Shown: positions 48,637 to 59,500 of the stretch, in pieces
Position numbering within the stretch: the stretch's first letter is position 1
How the letters are laid out: each line of letters starts with the position of its first letter
DNA from: a virus
DNA length: 64,000 nucleotides
Virus record (IMG/VR): IMGVR_UViG_3300050343_000185
Strand: one strand, 5' to 3'
Position numbers and translations under genes: made by a program
The notes under the pieces: generated by a model
Databases searched by the model: none
What the model saw: the letters and a program-made list of their open reading frames with translations, nothing else
What the model was told of the DNA's origin: nothing

Positions 48637-48661
48637 AAAAAAAGGGACCCCGCAGGGTCCC
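48637..48661 (-). terminator. Intrinsic terminator after gp23
   Basis: GGGACCC-TGCG-GGGTCCC-T7. Confidence 0.9.
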
Positions 48662-48682
48662 TGTGTTGATATCGTAACTATA

Positions 48683-50098
48683 TCAGGCGAGGTTCGCAAC
48701 ACGAACACGTCTGTAGTACTGGTTCTTAGAAGCAGTAAGTGCTTCAGCATCAGGAGTTCCTGCAGAAGACTCAACGAAAGGATTGCTGACCATGCCGTAG
48801 CGGGTCTTGAAACCAATCTTAGGTTGGAAGGTCTGAGGATCGATGCTGCTGAGCATCTGGAGGGGAACGTAGGGGCAGTAGAATAGTCCTGCGTCATAAG
48901 GGGAAGAACCCTTATAACCAACTACGTAGTAGTGGGTGTTAGAAACGTTAGCAGAGTAAGGATCAACATAGACCTTAATGCGACCGTTCATGGTGCCGAC
49001 TAGAAGGTTTCCGGTGTCATCAACGTCACCGATGGAAGGACCACCAGCGCCAGTTAGACCTGAGGAATAGTCGAGTGTGCCAGACATGGCAAGAGCAGAA
49101 GCAACGTCAGCAGAAGTGACGATGAAGTTGCCCTTTCCTCTACGAGTCTCTTGTGCGATAGCGTTAGCATCGCGCTCGATTTGGAACATAAGTCCTTTGA
49201 ACTTCTCAACCGACCAACGACCGTTGCTGTCAACGTCGAGGTCAAATACACCAGCGTTAGCAACGTTGTTCTGAGCACCAGGCTTAGCAACGGTGTAAAC
49301 GGTACGAACAACCTCACGGTTGATCTCAGCAAGGATTTCGCTAGACAATAGGTTAGCGAGTTCCTGCTCTGCATCAAGACCGTGGATTGCCTTAAGGTCT
49401 TGTGCCAATTCTAGAGTGTACTCAGCGCGAAGAGCTCTGGTCTTAGCAGTGACCGCAGTCTTCTCGATGCTGAAGTCCATTTCGTTGAACAAGGTCGAAC
49501 CCGATCCAAGAACTTCTGCTGTTTCTCTAGCAATGTTGCCTGCTTGGCGCTCGTAGTTAGCAGCAGTTGTGCCGCCGCCAGTGGCGTCGTTAAGCAGACC
49601 AGGGTTAGCATCAGTCGTGCCGCCATCGCCAAGAGGAGATACGGGATCGTTGTATGCGCCAGGACCCTGTGTGTTTCCAGAGAAGTTGGTGTCGGGCTCG
49701 TTGTAGAGTGCCTCAGCGCCAGCTCTGGTGTTGTAGTGGCTCTTCATTGCGAAGATAAGTCCAGTAGGACCGCTCATGGGTTGAACGCCACAGATGTCGT
49801 ATGCAACCAAGTTAGGTGCTGCACGACGGATAAGGTTGATCATTACAGGATCGAAACCTGCAAGTCCACCAGTCTTGGTGGTTAGACCAGAACCACCTAG
49901 TGCTTGTCCACCAGCTGCGCTGATAGCTCCAACAGTACTAGCTTCGTTCATCATACCACGCTCTTCGCGTAGTTGATTTTCTGTGTTTTCTAACAGAACA
50001 GCGGTAACAGCCTTTCTATAGTTGTCTTTGATGGTGCCAGCACCTTCATGACTTAGAACAGGAGACCACTTTTCGGTTAGAGCTTTTGAATTAAACAT
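48683..50098 (-). CDS. gp23: Major capsid protein (gp23-like)
   Basis: GVQPMSGPTGLIFAM, YTLELAQDLKAIHGLDAE, FQPKIGFKTRYG. Confidence 0.98.
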   Translation of the reverse strand: MFNSKALTEKWSPVLSHEGAGTIKDNYRKAVTAVLLENTENQLREERGMMNEASTVGAISAAGGQALGGSGLTTKTGGLAGFDPVMINLIRRAAPNLVAYDICGVQPMSGPTGLIFAMKSHYNTRAGAEALYNEPDTNFSGNTQGPGAYNDPVSPLGDGGTTDANPGLLNDATGGGTTAANYERQAGNIARETAEVLGSGSTLFNEMDFSIEKTAVTAKTRALRAEYTLELAQDLKAIHGLDAEQELANLLSSEILAEINREVVRTVYTVAKPGAQNNVANAGVFDLDVDSNGRWSVEKFKGLMFQIERDANAIAQETRRGKGNFIVTSADVASALAMSGTLDYSSGLTGAGGPSIGDVDDTGNLLVGTMNGRIKVYVDPYSANVSNTHYYVVGYKGSSPYDAGLFYCPYVPLQMLSSIDPQTFQPKIGFKTRYGMVSNPFVESSAGTPDAEALTASKNQYYRRVRVANLA

Positions 50099-50134
50099 TT
50101 GTTTGCTCTTGTTTGAAAAATGTGGGGTTTATTA

Positions 50135-51277
50135 TTAGGACCAGCGATCAAGTGCTTTCAGATACTGCGCCATTACTGGGTTAGAATCATCTACACCTTC
50201 GACTGGGGATTCATCAACAACTTCCGTTGGGGTAGCGATTGACTCTTTGAAGTAAGACTCCTTGATGGTCGTAACCTTCTTGGAGAATGACTCTTCCGAG
50301 ACAAACTCTAGACCCTCAGCAAGTGCTGCGAGTTTTTCTTTCTGAGTATCTGCGAGTCCTTCTGACACGGTGGACAGAATATTGAGTTTGGCAGACTCAT
50401 TAAGACGATTTTGTAATTTCACGTTTGCTTTGACCTGTTCGTCAAGGCGTGTTTCCATCTCACGAATTGATTCAGCCATACCTTCTACAACATCGACTTT
50501 CTCGTCGGGAATAGAAATGTAGTGCTCTTCAAAGAGACCCTTCAAACCTGCGATGAAGTCTGTAGTGATCTCATTTCTGATTCCACGGTCAATAGCAACT
50601 TGGTTTTGCTCCATCCATTGACCGATGGCATAGGACACTGTGCCGTCTACTTCCTCGGAAAGTTCTGCCTTAGCAGATGATACGTGCTTATCGAGTTCAG
50701 CAGCAAAGTGCTCTACAAGTTTGTCATACTCCTCAGAGATTTTCGCTTTGACAGCAGCCTCAAAAATGACTTTTGCTTTCTCAGCGAACTCTTCAGAGAG
50801 TTCTGTGCCTTCTACTAGAGCGGCAACATCAGCGGAAACATCAAGTTCTTCAAAGGAAGGCTTGATGGGGTAAGTAACAGCAGGTCCAGTACTAGTTGCG
50901 TAGGCAACATCAGCACCAACGGTAGGCATAGCGTCAGGACTACCGGCACGCTGTTGGGGATCGCCAGATACTTGCGAAATAGGTGCTGCCGCTTTAGCGC
51001 CAGGATTCTCTTCGCCGTCGTCATCATCCTCATTAGGAGCAGTGGAAGTTCCACCTAAATCTGCAGCAGCAGATTGTCCAGGAGCAACACCTGGTTGAAC
51101 TGAAGGCATAGGATCCTTGCCGCCAGAACCAGTCTGCGCGTCAGAAACCTGAGAGGGTTCACTACCAGCACCGGGGATAATGTTAGCAGAAACTGTTGGC
51201 ATAGGATCACCAGCTTCTACAATCACCTTTTGCTCGGTAACGAACTCCTCAAATTTTTCATTTAACATATCTGACAT
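50135..51277 (-). CDS. gp22: Prohead core scaffold protein (gp22-like)
   Basis: KAKVIFEAAV, acidic coiled coil, MAQYLKAL. Confidence 0.9.
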   Translation of the reverse strand: MSDMLNEKFEEFVTEQKVIVEAGDPMPTVSANIIPGAGSEPSQVSDAQTGSGGKDPMPSVQPGVAPGQSAAADLGGTSTAPNEDDDDGEENPGAKAAAPISQVSGDPQQRAGSPDAMPTVGADVAYATSTGPAVTYPIKPSFEELDVSADVAALVEGTELSEEFAEKAKVIFEAAVKAKISEEYDKLVEHFAAELDKHVSSAKAELSEEVDGTVSYAIGQWMEQNQVAIDRGIRNEITTDFIAGLKGLFEEHYISIPDEKVDVVEGMAESIREMETRLDEQVKANVKLQNRLNESAKLNILSTVSEGLADTQKEKLAALAEGLEFVSEESFSKKVTTIKESYFKESIATPTEVVDESPVEGVDDSNPVMAQYLKALDRWS

Positions 51278-51330
51278 TTGAGATTACCTCGTAATTTTCC
51301 GTAAATAATTAATCTAAGTTTATTTATAAA

Positions 51331-51975
51331 TCAAAGTTTTCCGAGGAAATCCTCAAACACCTTGAGTGTTCTCTCTTCTAACTCACGACGCGGAGCGCCA
51401 TTGATATAACGTTGGTATTTATCAACTTTTGATTCCTTGAGAATACCGTTGTCCCATACCCATTCTTTACCTTCCATGATGCCATTAACAAAAGCATCAG
51501 GTGCTGAAGGATCTGCTACAATATCAGCAGCAGTTGTAAGCATGAAGTCATCGCGAACTACTGAAGTATCTTCGCGCTTTTCGATGCTTCCCATACCACG
51601 GGATGAAACACCTAACTGAACTCCTTCGCCAAGTAAAGACTTAGCAATCTGTCCCATGGGTGTATCAAGAATTTGTGCCTTACCAATGAAGTTATTTCCT
51701 TCAGCGCGAAGACTTGTGATTCTGTGAGATACTCTATCAAGATTGATAGTAGGACCATCGGGATGTCCGAGTTCACCTAGAGCACGCTTTGATTTCACAT
51801 ACTCTTCGTTGTATCTCTCAACTTCATTGTTGAGAACATCGAAAGGATACATGCGACCATTACGGTTCTTTAGTTCTGACTGTAAAAATACTCCTTCGAT
51901 ATAAAGAAGTTTCTTTCCGTCTCTTTCCTCAGTGAGGATTTTGACGTTTTCAATCGTTTCCGTTATCAGTTTCAT
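51331..51975 (-). CDS. gp21: Prohead protease (gp21-like)
   Basis: MKLITE, GELGHP, GVSSRGMGS, ADPSAPDAF. Confidence 0.95.
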   Translation of the reverse strand: MKLITETIENVKILTEERDGKKLLYIEGVFLQSELKNRNGRMYPFDVLNNEVERYNEEYVKSKRALGELGHPDGPTINLDRVSHRITSLRAEGNNFIGKAQILDTPMGQIAKSLLGEGVQLGVSSRGMGSIEKREDTSVVRDDFMLTTAADIVADPSAPDAFVNGIMEGKEWVWDNGILKESKVDKYQRYINGAPRRELEERTLKVFEDFLGKL

Positions 51976-52162
51976 CGGGTTCTTCCGTTTCTGTGGGTTC
52001 ATCAAAGAATGTATTCGCGGCAACCTGCTTGTATGTTGCCATAGCATCAGATGCTTTAGCAAAAAGTAGATCATGAATAGCATCAATAGCAGATGCCCTG
52101 TCGTTGTCGCTGATCTTATCAACGATATTTACCACGCCAGGTTCAGGGTTATGTTGTTCCAT
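51950..52162 (-). CDS. Small prohead core protein (gene 67/68 position)
   Basis: 70 aa acidic ORF between portal and protease. Confidence 0.6.
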   Translation of the reverse strand: MEQHNPEPGVVNIVDKISDNDRASAIDAIHDLLFAKASDAMATYKQVAANTFFDEPTETEEPDETDNGND

Positions 52163-52181
52163 AATAAGTATTCTGTATAAT

Positions 52182-53885
52182 TTATTTATTATTTGTAGAA
52201 GGTGAAGGCATTTTCTTTGCCTTATCTACTTCTCTTTCTGCCGCAGCGTCAGCAGAAATTGCCTCTCTTTCCGCTGCATCTTGTGCTTGCTGATCCTGAA
52301 TTTCAGGAGCAAGGGCAGTGTTTGCTGCTGTCATTTGATCCATAGCATTTGTTTCTGCTGGATCAACAGAGATACCAGAAGCAATCTCCTTACGAATTTG
52401 CTTATCGATATCCTTATATTCTGTATCTTTCTGACCCAGAACATGACGACGGATATATTCAACAGAGAAATACTTACCAACAAAAGGATCCATTTGACTT
52501 ACAGTCATCATCCTCTGGTTCATCATTTCAATTTCTTTTAGTTCATTGAAATGATTATCAAAGAGATAGTCATACTGGATATGCTCCTTCATATCATCCC
52601 AGTCTTCAGGAGAAATTACTCCTTTAAGAATGAGTTGAGTCTTGAGCATGTCGTGGAACATCTCAGAGAATCTCTTACGGAGACGACCAATGAACTTTGT
52701 AAACTTAAGTTCATCGCGAAGAACCTCAGTAGTTTTACCAAGATTAAATCCTTTGCTATCGTCAGTAAGACGTGAAGGTGGTAGGTTCAGTGAGTTGTAT
52801 AGTTTCTTTTTGAAATACTCAACATCCTTGAGCTCACCTAGGTTCTGTCCTCCAGGCAACGTAGTAATTTCAGTACCACGTCCACCCTCTCTACGAGGCA
52901 ACCAGAAATCTTCAAGCATACTCATGTGCTTTTTGTCATCACGCATCTCGCCAGTTTGTGCGTCATACACAAGCTTGTTGCGATAGCGAGACATAACATC
53001 ACGCAAGTATTGTTCTGCTTTTACCTTAGGTAGATTGCCTACATCGATGTAGAAAATTCTACGCTCAGGTGCGCGTGATAATCTGTAGATAACAATTGAA
53101 TCTTCAATCATTCTTAATTGATTGAGAGTCTTGATTGCCTTATGAAGGAAACCAAGAGTCATTCTTTTGTTTAAATCTTGTAGTCCAGAAGGACAGAATG
53201 TAATTGAATCAGTTGCCATCTTGACACCCTGAGACAAAGACATATCTCCAATCGGTCCTAGGACACCGCCTTTATAGAAACCTTTTGGATTGTAAAGATA
53301 GTAATCGACAAACGTTCCATATTCATACTCAAGCGCCGTGCCTTTGATTGCTGCTTTCGCTAGAGAATCTTTTGGAGTATTGTCAATTTTTTGACGAACT
53401 TTCTTGATCTTCATCGGATCAATATAACGAAGTTCTGTAATACCTTTTCTGGGATTATCTAAATCGATAACCTTATGATAAAATAAACGTCCATCAATAT
53501 ACCAAGTTCGGACAATCTCATGTGCTCGATTGTCGAAGTTTAAAAGTCTTTTGAGATACTCAAACTCATTACGAATTTTAGTTTTTACTCCAGCACCAAC
53601 ACCTAGATTATCTAAGTTAATTTCTACAGGAGAATCGTAAGCATCACTTACGATAAACTCGTTAACAACTTCATCTACAGCACTATCCACTTCTGGGTGG
53701 ATTGCCATATCACGATAACGACGGATCATCTCAAACTCATTACGAGCTTGATTATCCGTATCTACATACGTTCCATAATATCCACCTGCTGCTACTGCAA
53801 CTGGATCTTCAGCAGAAGGAGGGACAGGAGATTGACCTCGCTGCCCCTCTTTTCTGTTAATTTGGAAGCCAAATAACTGACTCAT
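52182..53885 (-). CDS. gp20: Portal protein (gp20-like)
   Basis: YRLSRAPERRIFYIDVGNLPK, EDFWLPRREGGRGTEI. Confidence 0.97.
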   Translation of the reverse strand: MSQLFGFQINRKEGQRGQSPVPPSAEDPVAVAAGGYYGTYVDTDNQARNEFEMIRRYRDMAIHPEVDSAVDEVVNEFIVSDAYDSPVEINLDNLGVGAGVKTKIRNEFEYLKRLLNFDNRAHEIVRTWYIDGRLFYHKVIDLDNPRKGITELRYIDPMKIKKVRQKIDNTPKDSLAKAAIKGTALEYEYGTFVDYYLYNPKGFYKGGVLGPIGDMSLSQGVKMATDSITFCPSGLQDLNKRMTLGFLHKAIKTLNQLRMIEDSIVIYRLSRAPERRIFYIDVGNLPKVKAEQYLRDVMSRYRNKLVYDAQTGEMRDDKKHMSMLEDFWLPRREGGRGTEITTLPGGQNLGELKDVEYFKKKLYNSLNLPPSRLTDDSKGFNLGKTTEVLRDELKFTKFIGRLRKRFSEMFHDMLKTQLILKGVISPEDWDDMKEHIQYDYLFDNHFNELKEIEMMNQRMMTVSQMDPFVGKYFSVEYIRRHVLGQKDTEYKDIDKQIRKEIASGISVDPAETNAMDQMTAANTALAPEIQDQQAQDAAEREAISADAAAEREVDKAKKMPSPSTNNK

Positions 53886-53921
53886 GATTATCTATTTAAC
53901 TTGTGCGCTTCCAACTATTTA

Positions 53922-54509
53922 TCAGACCACGCCAATGCCAGAAACTCCATCTCTGGATCCTGCTTCAGCGGTGAAGTAAGAATACTGCCACTCAACAGTG
54001 AATTCTTCAATCTGATCATTGCTATCATAAGCAAGATCGATAGGAGAAACATTAGTTGGGAAGCAATACTTCAGAGTATATGCTCTGAGAATTGATCCTT
54101 CTTCGCTCGCATCTTTTTCAAGTTGCTTGACAGAAAGATCTGCCATGTAACCAGAAGTTGTTGATGGAGTAAAGAGTGGGGATGTGTTTGCTTCGTGGGT
54201 GTTGATGTTGTTTGCCCACTCTTCAAAGAATGCGCGAAGTTTGAAGTCCTTATCATTGAAGAAAGTAGCAGACCATGTATCGAAGGTGCGATCACCTGCG
54301 ATTTTGACTGTTCTTCCTCTGAAAGGAACTTCGATCACACCTAGATTTGAACCTGGTAGAGCAGCAGACTTACAAAGAATATTTGTAAGTTTCAGATCCT
54401 CACCGCCCTTTGAAAGAGCGTCAGGAAACTTAACGTCCACCAGGAACATGTTGGGCTTAACGCCCTGACCGATAGTTTGTAAGAAACTAGAAACGTTTGA
54501 CAGTGCCAT
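53922..54509 (-). CDS. gp19: Tail tube protein (gp19-like)
   Basis: LPGSNLG.IEVPFRGR.VKIAGDRTF, IEEFTVEWQY. Confidence 0.95.
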   Translation of the reverse strand: MALSNVSSFLQTIGQGVKPNMFLVDVKFPDALSKGGEDLKLTNILCKSAALPGSNLGVIEVPFRGRTVKIAGDRTFDTWSATFFNDKDFKLRAFFEEWANNINTHEANTSPLFTPSTTSGYMADLSVKQLEKDASEEGSILRAYTLKYCFPTNVSPIDLAYDSNDQIEEFTVEWQYSYFTAEAGSRDGVSGIGVV

Positions 54510-54547
54510 TGTTGTTTATCTCGTAATTTTTTCTCTATAATTAATTA

Positions 54548-56452
54548 TCATCTACCGATGACTTCAGCAAACGAAACGCCCGTCTTAGTAGCAGTTACTG
54601 TAACTGTTACATAATTGATGGAGCGTGTAGGCTTGAGGTAGAGTTCAGCGACAAACTCATTTCTGTCGATGATTTCTGGAGTATTGTTTGTGTCGTCACA
54701 AACAACCAAGAAATCTGTAACACCTCTACGTGCTTGAACTTCAGCAAGATAAGAAGTCATTGAAGCAGCAAATGCTCCACGAGTTGTGCTGTCGTTTTGC
54801 TCAAAGAGTACGCTTTCTGCGAGTCCTCTTGCTCTCTTCTCAACGTTGAGGAATAAACGGCGAACGTTAATTCTGTCAAATGCGGAAGGAGAAGCAAGAG
54901 CAGTTTTATCTCCAAATAGAACAGGACCAGAACCGACCATTGAGACGATTGGGTTTACTCTATTTGTGTAAAGATCATCACGTTGTGCTTTGTTTGGATT
55001 GAAAGCAAGTTTTACAACATTCTGAATACCACCACGATTTAGACCAGCAGGTGAGAACCAGTCATCAAGGATAGAAGAAGTTGAAACACATACACCAGCA
55101 ACATCACCGTTACAACCTACGTAACGATACTTGTCATTGAAACGATCGTATGTATACTTAACACCACTGTCTAGAACAACATATGAAGAAGAACTGATGT
55201 TATCAAAGAATGCTATTGTGTTTGATAGTTGTAGTGCTGGAGTCAAAGCACTGCCACCAGAAGTAGCTACTTGAGTACCAGTCCAAGGAGAAAGGAATGC
55301 GACACAATCTTTTCTGCTGTTAGCAATAGCAGCAACTGCTTGTGCTTTAGCAACAGTATCGTTTTCGTTAGCAGCATTTCCACCCATCAAAACGAAGTCA
55401 ACAGTTGTTTGCTCTGTATCTAGGAACTCATCATATGCTGCTTGGATTTCACCAGCAGTATATGCGTAGTCATCAGTACCACCAGTTAAAGCACCACCTG
55501 CAGTAGGCAGAATTCTTGCTAGTTCTAGTGGGGAAGCAGCAGTAGCACCATAAGATGCAGCAGCAGCACCGGGATCTTCTCCAACAGTTGTTACTTCAGC
55601 AGAACTAAGACCAACACCAGCATAGACATATCTGGAATACTGATTTACGTAATCCTTCCAATAAGATGAAGCACCTTCTGGAGTTTTGCCGTCAGTTAAT
55701 TTTGTGAGATACGTTAGTCTCTCAACAATAGTATTGGTTGCTGTATCAACAACAGCAACATGTACTTCGTCATTTGAAAGGAAACGCTCTGCAGCATATG
55801 CAGATGTGCCAGGACGAGGACCAATTGCTTTATAAGTTAAACCAGTTGAAGCGATTGTTTGTGAATTGTAATCCCAAGCAGTTGCTGTATCACCAGCAGC
55901 AGGAGTTGGAACAGCAGAACCTTTTACAATGGAGAAACTATTAGCGTTAATAACTTCATACACTTCGTGTCCTACGGCAGCATCGTCTGTATATGTGCCA
56001 CCAACTGCTAAACCATGACCAGTTTTTGCGATGACATAATCAGCGCCACGGTCAACGACTACGATGCTAAGGTTGTTACCTTCAGCACCAGCATAGCGAG
56101 CAGCAAACTTCTCGGAAGTTACGCCAGCATCGAAAGCATCCTTATCACCGATAAGAACACCACTACCACTTTCGGTAGCATTTAAAACACTAGTTGTTGC
56201 TCTAACAACTGCGAGTTGTCCGCCGTAGCGGAGGAATTCTGAAGCAACCAACCAATCTCCAGCGTTAGCCTCGGATGGTGCGCCGAACACATCAATAAGT
56301 TCTCTTTCGGAACCAATGTTTACAATTTTGCCTACTGGACCAGTGCGGAATGAAGAAGCAATAGCACCGCGAATAGCGGTAGCTCCTACTACAACAGCAT
56401 TGGAAAAATCACGTTCTCTAATAACAACACCAGGCGAGACTTGACTTGCCAT
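54548..56452 (-). CDS. gp18: Tail sheath protein (gp18-like)
   Basis: SPGVVIRE, WFSPAGLNRG, FDRINVRRLF. Confidence 0.97.
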   Translation of the reverse strand: MASQVSPGVVIRERDFSNAVVVGATAIRGAIASSFRTGPVGKIVNIGSERELIDVFGAPSEANAGDWLVASEFLRYGGQLAVVRATTSVLNATESGSGVLIGDKDAFDAGVTSEKFAARYAGAEGNNLSIVVVDRGADYVIAKTGHGLAVGGTYTDDAAVGHEVYEVINANSFSIVKGSAVPTPAAGDTATAWDYNSQTIASTGLTYKAIGPRPGTSAYAAERFLSNDEVHVAVVDTATNTIVERLTYLTKLTDGKTPEGASSYWKDYVNQYSRYVYAGVGLSSAEVTTVGEDPGAAAASYGATAASPLELARILPTAGGALTGGTDDYAYTAGEIQAAYDEFLDTEQTTVDFVLMGGNAANENDTVAKAQAVAAIANSRKDCVAFLSPWTGTQVATSGGSALTPALQLSNTIAFFDNISSSSYVVLDSGVKYTYDRFNDKYRYVGCNGDVAGVCVSTSSILDDWFSPAGLNRGGIQNVVKLAFNPNKAQRDDLYTNRVNPIVSMVGSGPVLFGDKTALASPSAFDRINVRRLFLNVEKRARGLAESVLFEQNDSTTRGAFAASMTSYLAEVQARRGVTDFLVVCDDTNNTPEIIDRNEFVAELYLKPTRSINYVTVTVTATKTGVSFAEVIGR

Positions 56453-56534
56453 GTTTTATACCTCTTTAGATATCAATTTTATCTAAATCTATTTAGATTT
56501 TTGAATGCTTCAGAGGTGGTGAACAATACATGAA

Positions 56535-56765
56535 CTACCAATCTGGATATCCCCAATCAGTAAATGGATCTCTCTTTTTTCTAGATTCCATAACCCTTTT
56601 GACAGTACACTCTTTACATTCGTAGGCGTATGCTGATGGATGTCCTTTCTTAGTTTTTCGCGTAAGATAAAAATCTTCTATAAGATCTTTTTTAATCCCA
56701 CATGATCTACATTTTCTTTCTTTGAATAGAATATGTTCTAATGAAAATTGGTCTTCAATGTTCAT
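56535..56765 (-). CDS. Small Zn-ribbon protein
   Basis: CRSC...CKEC; TAATG-coupled to gp17. Confidence 0.65.
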   Translation of the reverse strand: MNIEDQFSLEHILFKERKCRSCGIKKDLIEDFYLTRKTKKGHPSAYAYECKECTVKRVMESRKKRDPFTDWGYPDW

Positions 56766-58417
56766 TAGTAGTTCCACATGTATCCGACTTCTTCTTGCTT
56801 GTCTCCATATTCCCAAAGGTTTCCATCTCCATCAACAAAAGTATCATCACCCATACCATCATCAAGGAAACCAAATGGAGCCATGTCTTGTTCTATTTGA
56901 TTACGTTGTTCGTCATAGATTCTTCTTCGGATATCCTGATCTGTCATCTCTTTAAAATACTCTTGCATGACTAACCATGCGAAGAGAACCATACACATTA
57001 CAAGGTCATCATGGTATCCTTCATCTGCTTCCCATGCTTGTTTCTTTTGAACGAACGTGGTAAGTTCTTGGAAGATCTGGAAATCATTAAACAATAACTT
57101 GTCTTCTTCAATAATAGCTTTGAGATTAGAGCAACCGATCTTCTTCACGGTCACACTCATCTTGACACCTAGTTGTGTTTTTGATCCTGAGAATCCTTGA
57201 CCCACAACTTGACCCGCTCTACCACGCATTGCACACATAAGTACATTAGGATATTCAAGATCATAATTGAGAGTAGCAGCAATAGAATCTCCAATGTCAT
57301 TTACTTCTACCAGAACGTATGGGTTATTATATTCTTTGCAAACTTGAAAAATTACTGAGGGAAACAATACAGGTTTAATCTCATTATTTCTGTACTTCGC
57401 AACGATCTTATACGGCATCGTGGTGATATCAAACACGAGGAAAGCAGAATAGTCGCCACCAATTCCCCTGGCAACATCGACAGTAATAATATATTCGTGA
57501 TCCTTTTCGACTCTCTCATAGATATCAAGTCCAGCATTTGATTTAATCGGATCAGCGAATGGTATAGTTTGTAGTTTTGCTGGACTAATCAAAGTGTCAG
57601 CAGATCCAAGGAAGTCGCATTCAAACTCCTGCGCGAACTGTCTTGGGGATGTGTTCTTAATCGTCTCTTCTTTCCACTTAGCATCTCTGCCAGGAACTTG
57701 AGACCAGTGAACTTCGTTAGTAGTATAATCATTTTTACCACGCCTAGCATCCTCCCACATCTTGTAGAAGTGATTCATGCCATTGGGCGTAGAGATAATA
57801 ATTACTTTCGTTGATTTACCAGAAGTAATAGTAGGATAAACAGAGGCAAAGAATTGCTCCGCAACATGGTTTGGAACGAATGCGAACTCATCGAGGAAGA
57901 GAATGTTAAACGACATGCCTCGGACAGCACTTGCAGATGTAGAAGCTGCCAATATCTTACTGCCATTTTCTAACTCCACATTACCTTTGTTCCAGACTAA
58001 CACACCATGCTGCATCCACTTTGGTAGATTCTCGTAAGCAAGTTGTAATCTTCCTAGCAGTTCCCTAGCGGTAGATGCCTTGTTTGCAAGAATACCAATA
58101 TTAACACTATCGTAAAAAATTGCGTAATAAAGAAGATAAGCGACAACCGTAGTAGACTTCCCTGTTTGTCTTGGGAGCTTTGCGATGTTGAATCTTGTCT
58201 CATGAAAATCACTCAAAATCTTTTTTTGAAAATCATACATCTCAAAAGGCACCAAACCTTCGTCAAGAGAGATGATTTTTATATAGTTCATCGCAAAGTA
58301 AATAGGATCATTTTTACACTTGATCCACTCATCAATCTGCTTCTTTGTAAATTGTATTGGGGTCCCAGCCTTTTTCAGGTTGGGATTACCCAAATATACA
58401 TCAGTACCAGTCGCCAA
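56765..58417 (-). CDS. gp17: Terminase large subunit (gp17-like)
   Basis: PRQTGKS, LDEFAF, ISTPNG, VDVARG, DDLVM; TTG start. Confidence 0.97.
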   Translation of the reverse strand: MATGTDVYLGNPNLKKAGTPIQFTKKQIDEWIKCKNDPIYFAMNYIKIISLDEGLVPFEMYDFQKKILSDFHETRFNIAKLPRQTGKSTTVVAYLLYYAIFYDSVNIGILANKASTARELLGRLQLAYENLPKWMQHGVLVWNKGNVELENGSKILAASTSASAVRGMSFNILFLDEFAFVPNHVAEQFFASVYPTITSGKSTKVIIISTPNGMNHFYKMWEDARRGKNDYTTNEVHWSQVPGRDAKWKEETIKNTSPRQFAQEFECDFLGSADTLISPAKLQTIPFADPIKSNAGLDIYERVEKDHEYIITVDVARGIGGDYSAFLVFDITTMPYKIVAKYRNNEIKPVLFPSVIFQVCKEYNNPYVLVEVNDIGDSIAATLNYDLEYPNVLMCAMRGRAGQVVGQGFSGSKTQLGVKMSVTVKKIGCSNLKAIIEEDKLLFNDFQIFQELTTFVQKKQAWEADEGYHDDLVMCMVLFAWLVMQEYFKEMTDQDIRRRIYDEQRNQIEQDMAPFGFLDDGMGDDTFVDGDGNLWEYGDKQEEVGYMWNY

Positions 58418-58444
58418 AACAAAAACCTAGTTCACCACTAGTAT

Positions 58445-58744
58445 TTAGAGATCTCCAAATTTATCATTTAATTCATTGATAGAATCTCTTTTTCCTTTGA
58501 TCATACCATCAATATATCCTGCGCGATATTCCCAAGTAGTTCCACCCTCTTTTCCTTTTGATGGGTTGATACAAGTATTATCTCCTAAGTTATTACAAAC
58601 TAAACCAGCAAGGTCTAGTTCACTTCTATCATATGATGCGGCAGTGCCACTGAAGATGTGTTTGCCGTTAATCCAAATAGCACCACATTTAGGACATTCT
58701 TTTCTCTCTAGTTTGAGATCCGACAGTTCCTTATCGTTGGTCAT
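58445..58744 (-). CDS. Hypothetical Cys-rich protein
   Basis: CPKC...LAGLVCN...CINP. Confidence 0.65.
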   Translation of the reverse strand: MTNDKELSDLKLERKECPKCGAIWINGKHIFSGTAASYDRSELDLAGLVCNNLGDNTCINPSKGKEGGTTWEYRAGYIDGMIKGKRDSINELNDKFGDL

Positions 58745-58952
58745 CTTTTAATTCCTTTATGAGTTTATTGTAATCAGGTAAATCCTTTATGAGTTGTTGT
58801 TCTAGTTTACGTCTCATCATAAACGTTCTAAATTTAATCCACTGATATCTAATCATAAGATCAATGTATGCGAAGAGACGCACTGTTTCTTCCATACCTG
58901 CATATGCTACAAGTAAAACGAAACCAGTAAGTAATACGTATATGCCAAGCAT
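58731..58952 (-). CDS. Small membrane protein
   Basis: N-terminal TM segment; 73 aa. Confidence 0.6.
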   Translation of the reverse strand: MLGIYVLLTGFVLLVAYAGMEETVRLFAYIDLMIRYQWIKFRTFMMRRKLEQQLIKDLPDYNKLIKELKDDQR

Positions 58953-59038
58953 GATAATATTCCACTACAAACATTATAGTGTATGTAGTGGAAAAGAATG
59001 TATCGTTTAGCTACTTTTTTATAAGTGTGGGTTTACAC

Positions 59039-59500
59039 TTATTCTATTAACGTGCCATGTTCTCTACGAATCTCTCTTAGTTTTTCTAAGTTCATATCTT
59101 TAGTGCCTCCATCATAGGCATGAGCATACCCTTCAGTAATCATCTGCTCGTTCAATGATATTTCTGCGTCTCCAATATATAACCAACCAAGAAGGCGACC
59201 GTACTTACCCATACCGCCAACCAATTCAGTTCGGACAGAGAGTTCATCATCACCAGCAATAGCACCTTCTAGTTTTTCTTTCATCCAGTTGGTAGCATCT
59301 AGTCCCAGAGCTTTCTCCTCAAGGTTTCTAGTTCTCTTCTCTGGCGTATCAACTCCAGCAACTCTAACTCTTTCTTTCTTGTATAAATCAAACCCGAGGT
59401 CGATAGTAACATCAATAGTATCACCATCAAGGACACGATTGATCTCCGTCACTCGGAAGTTGTAGCAGCTCTTCCTGCTCGGTGGCGTCATTGCTCCCAT
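59039..59500 (-). CDS. Thermonuclease (SNase-like) endonuclease
   Basis: VLDGDTIDV, RVAGVDTPE, KYGRLLG. Confidence 0.88.
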   Translation of the reverse strand: MGAMTPPSRKSCYNFRVTEINRVLDGDTIDVTIDLGFDLYKKERVRVAGVDTPEKRTRNLEEKALGLDATNWMKEKLEGAIAGDDELSVRTELVGGMGKYGRLLGWLYIGDAEISLNEQMITEGYAHAYDGGTKDMNLEKLREIRREHGTLIE

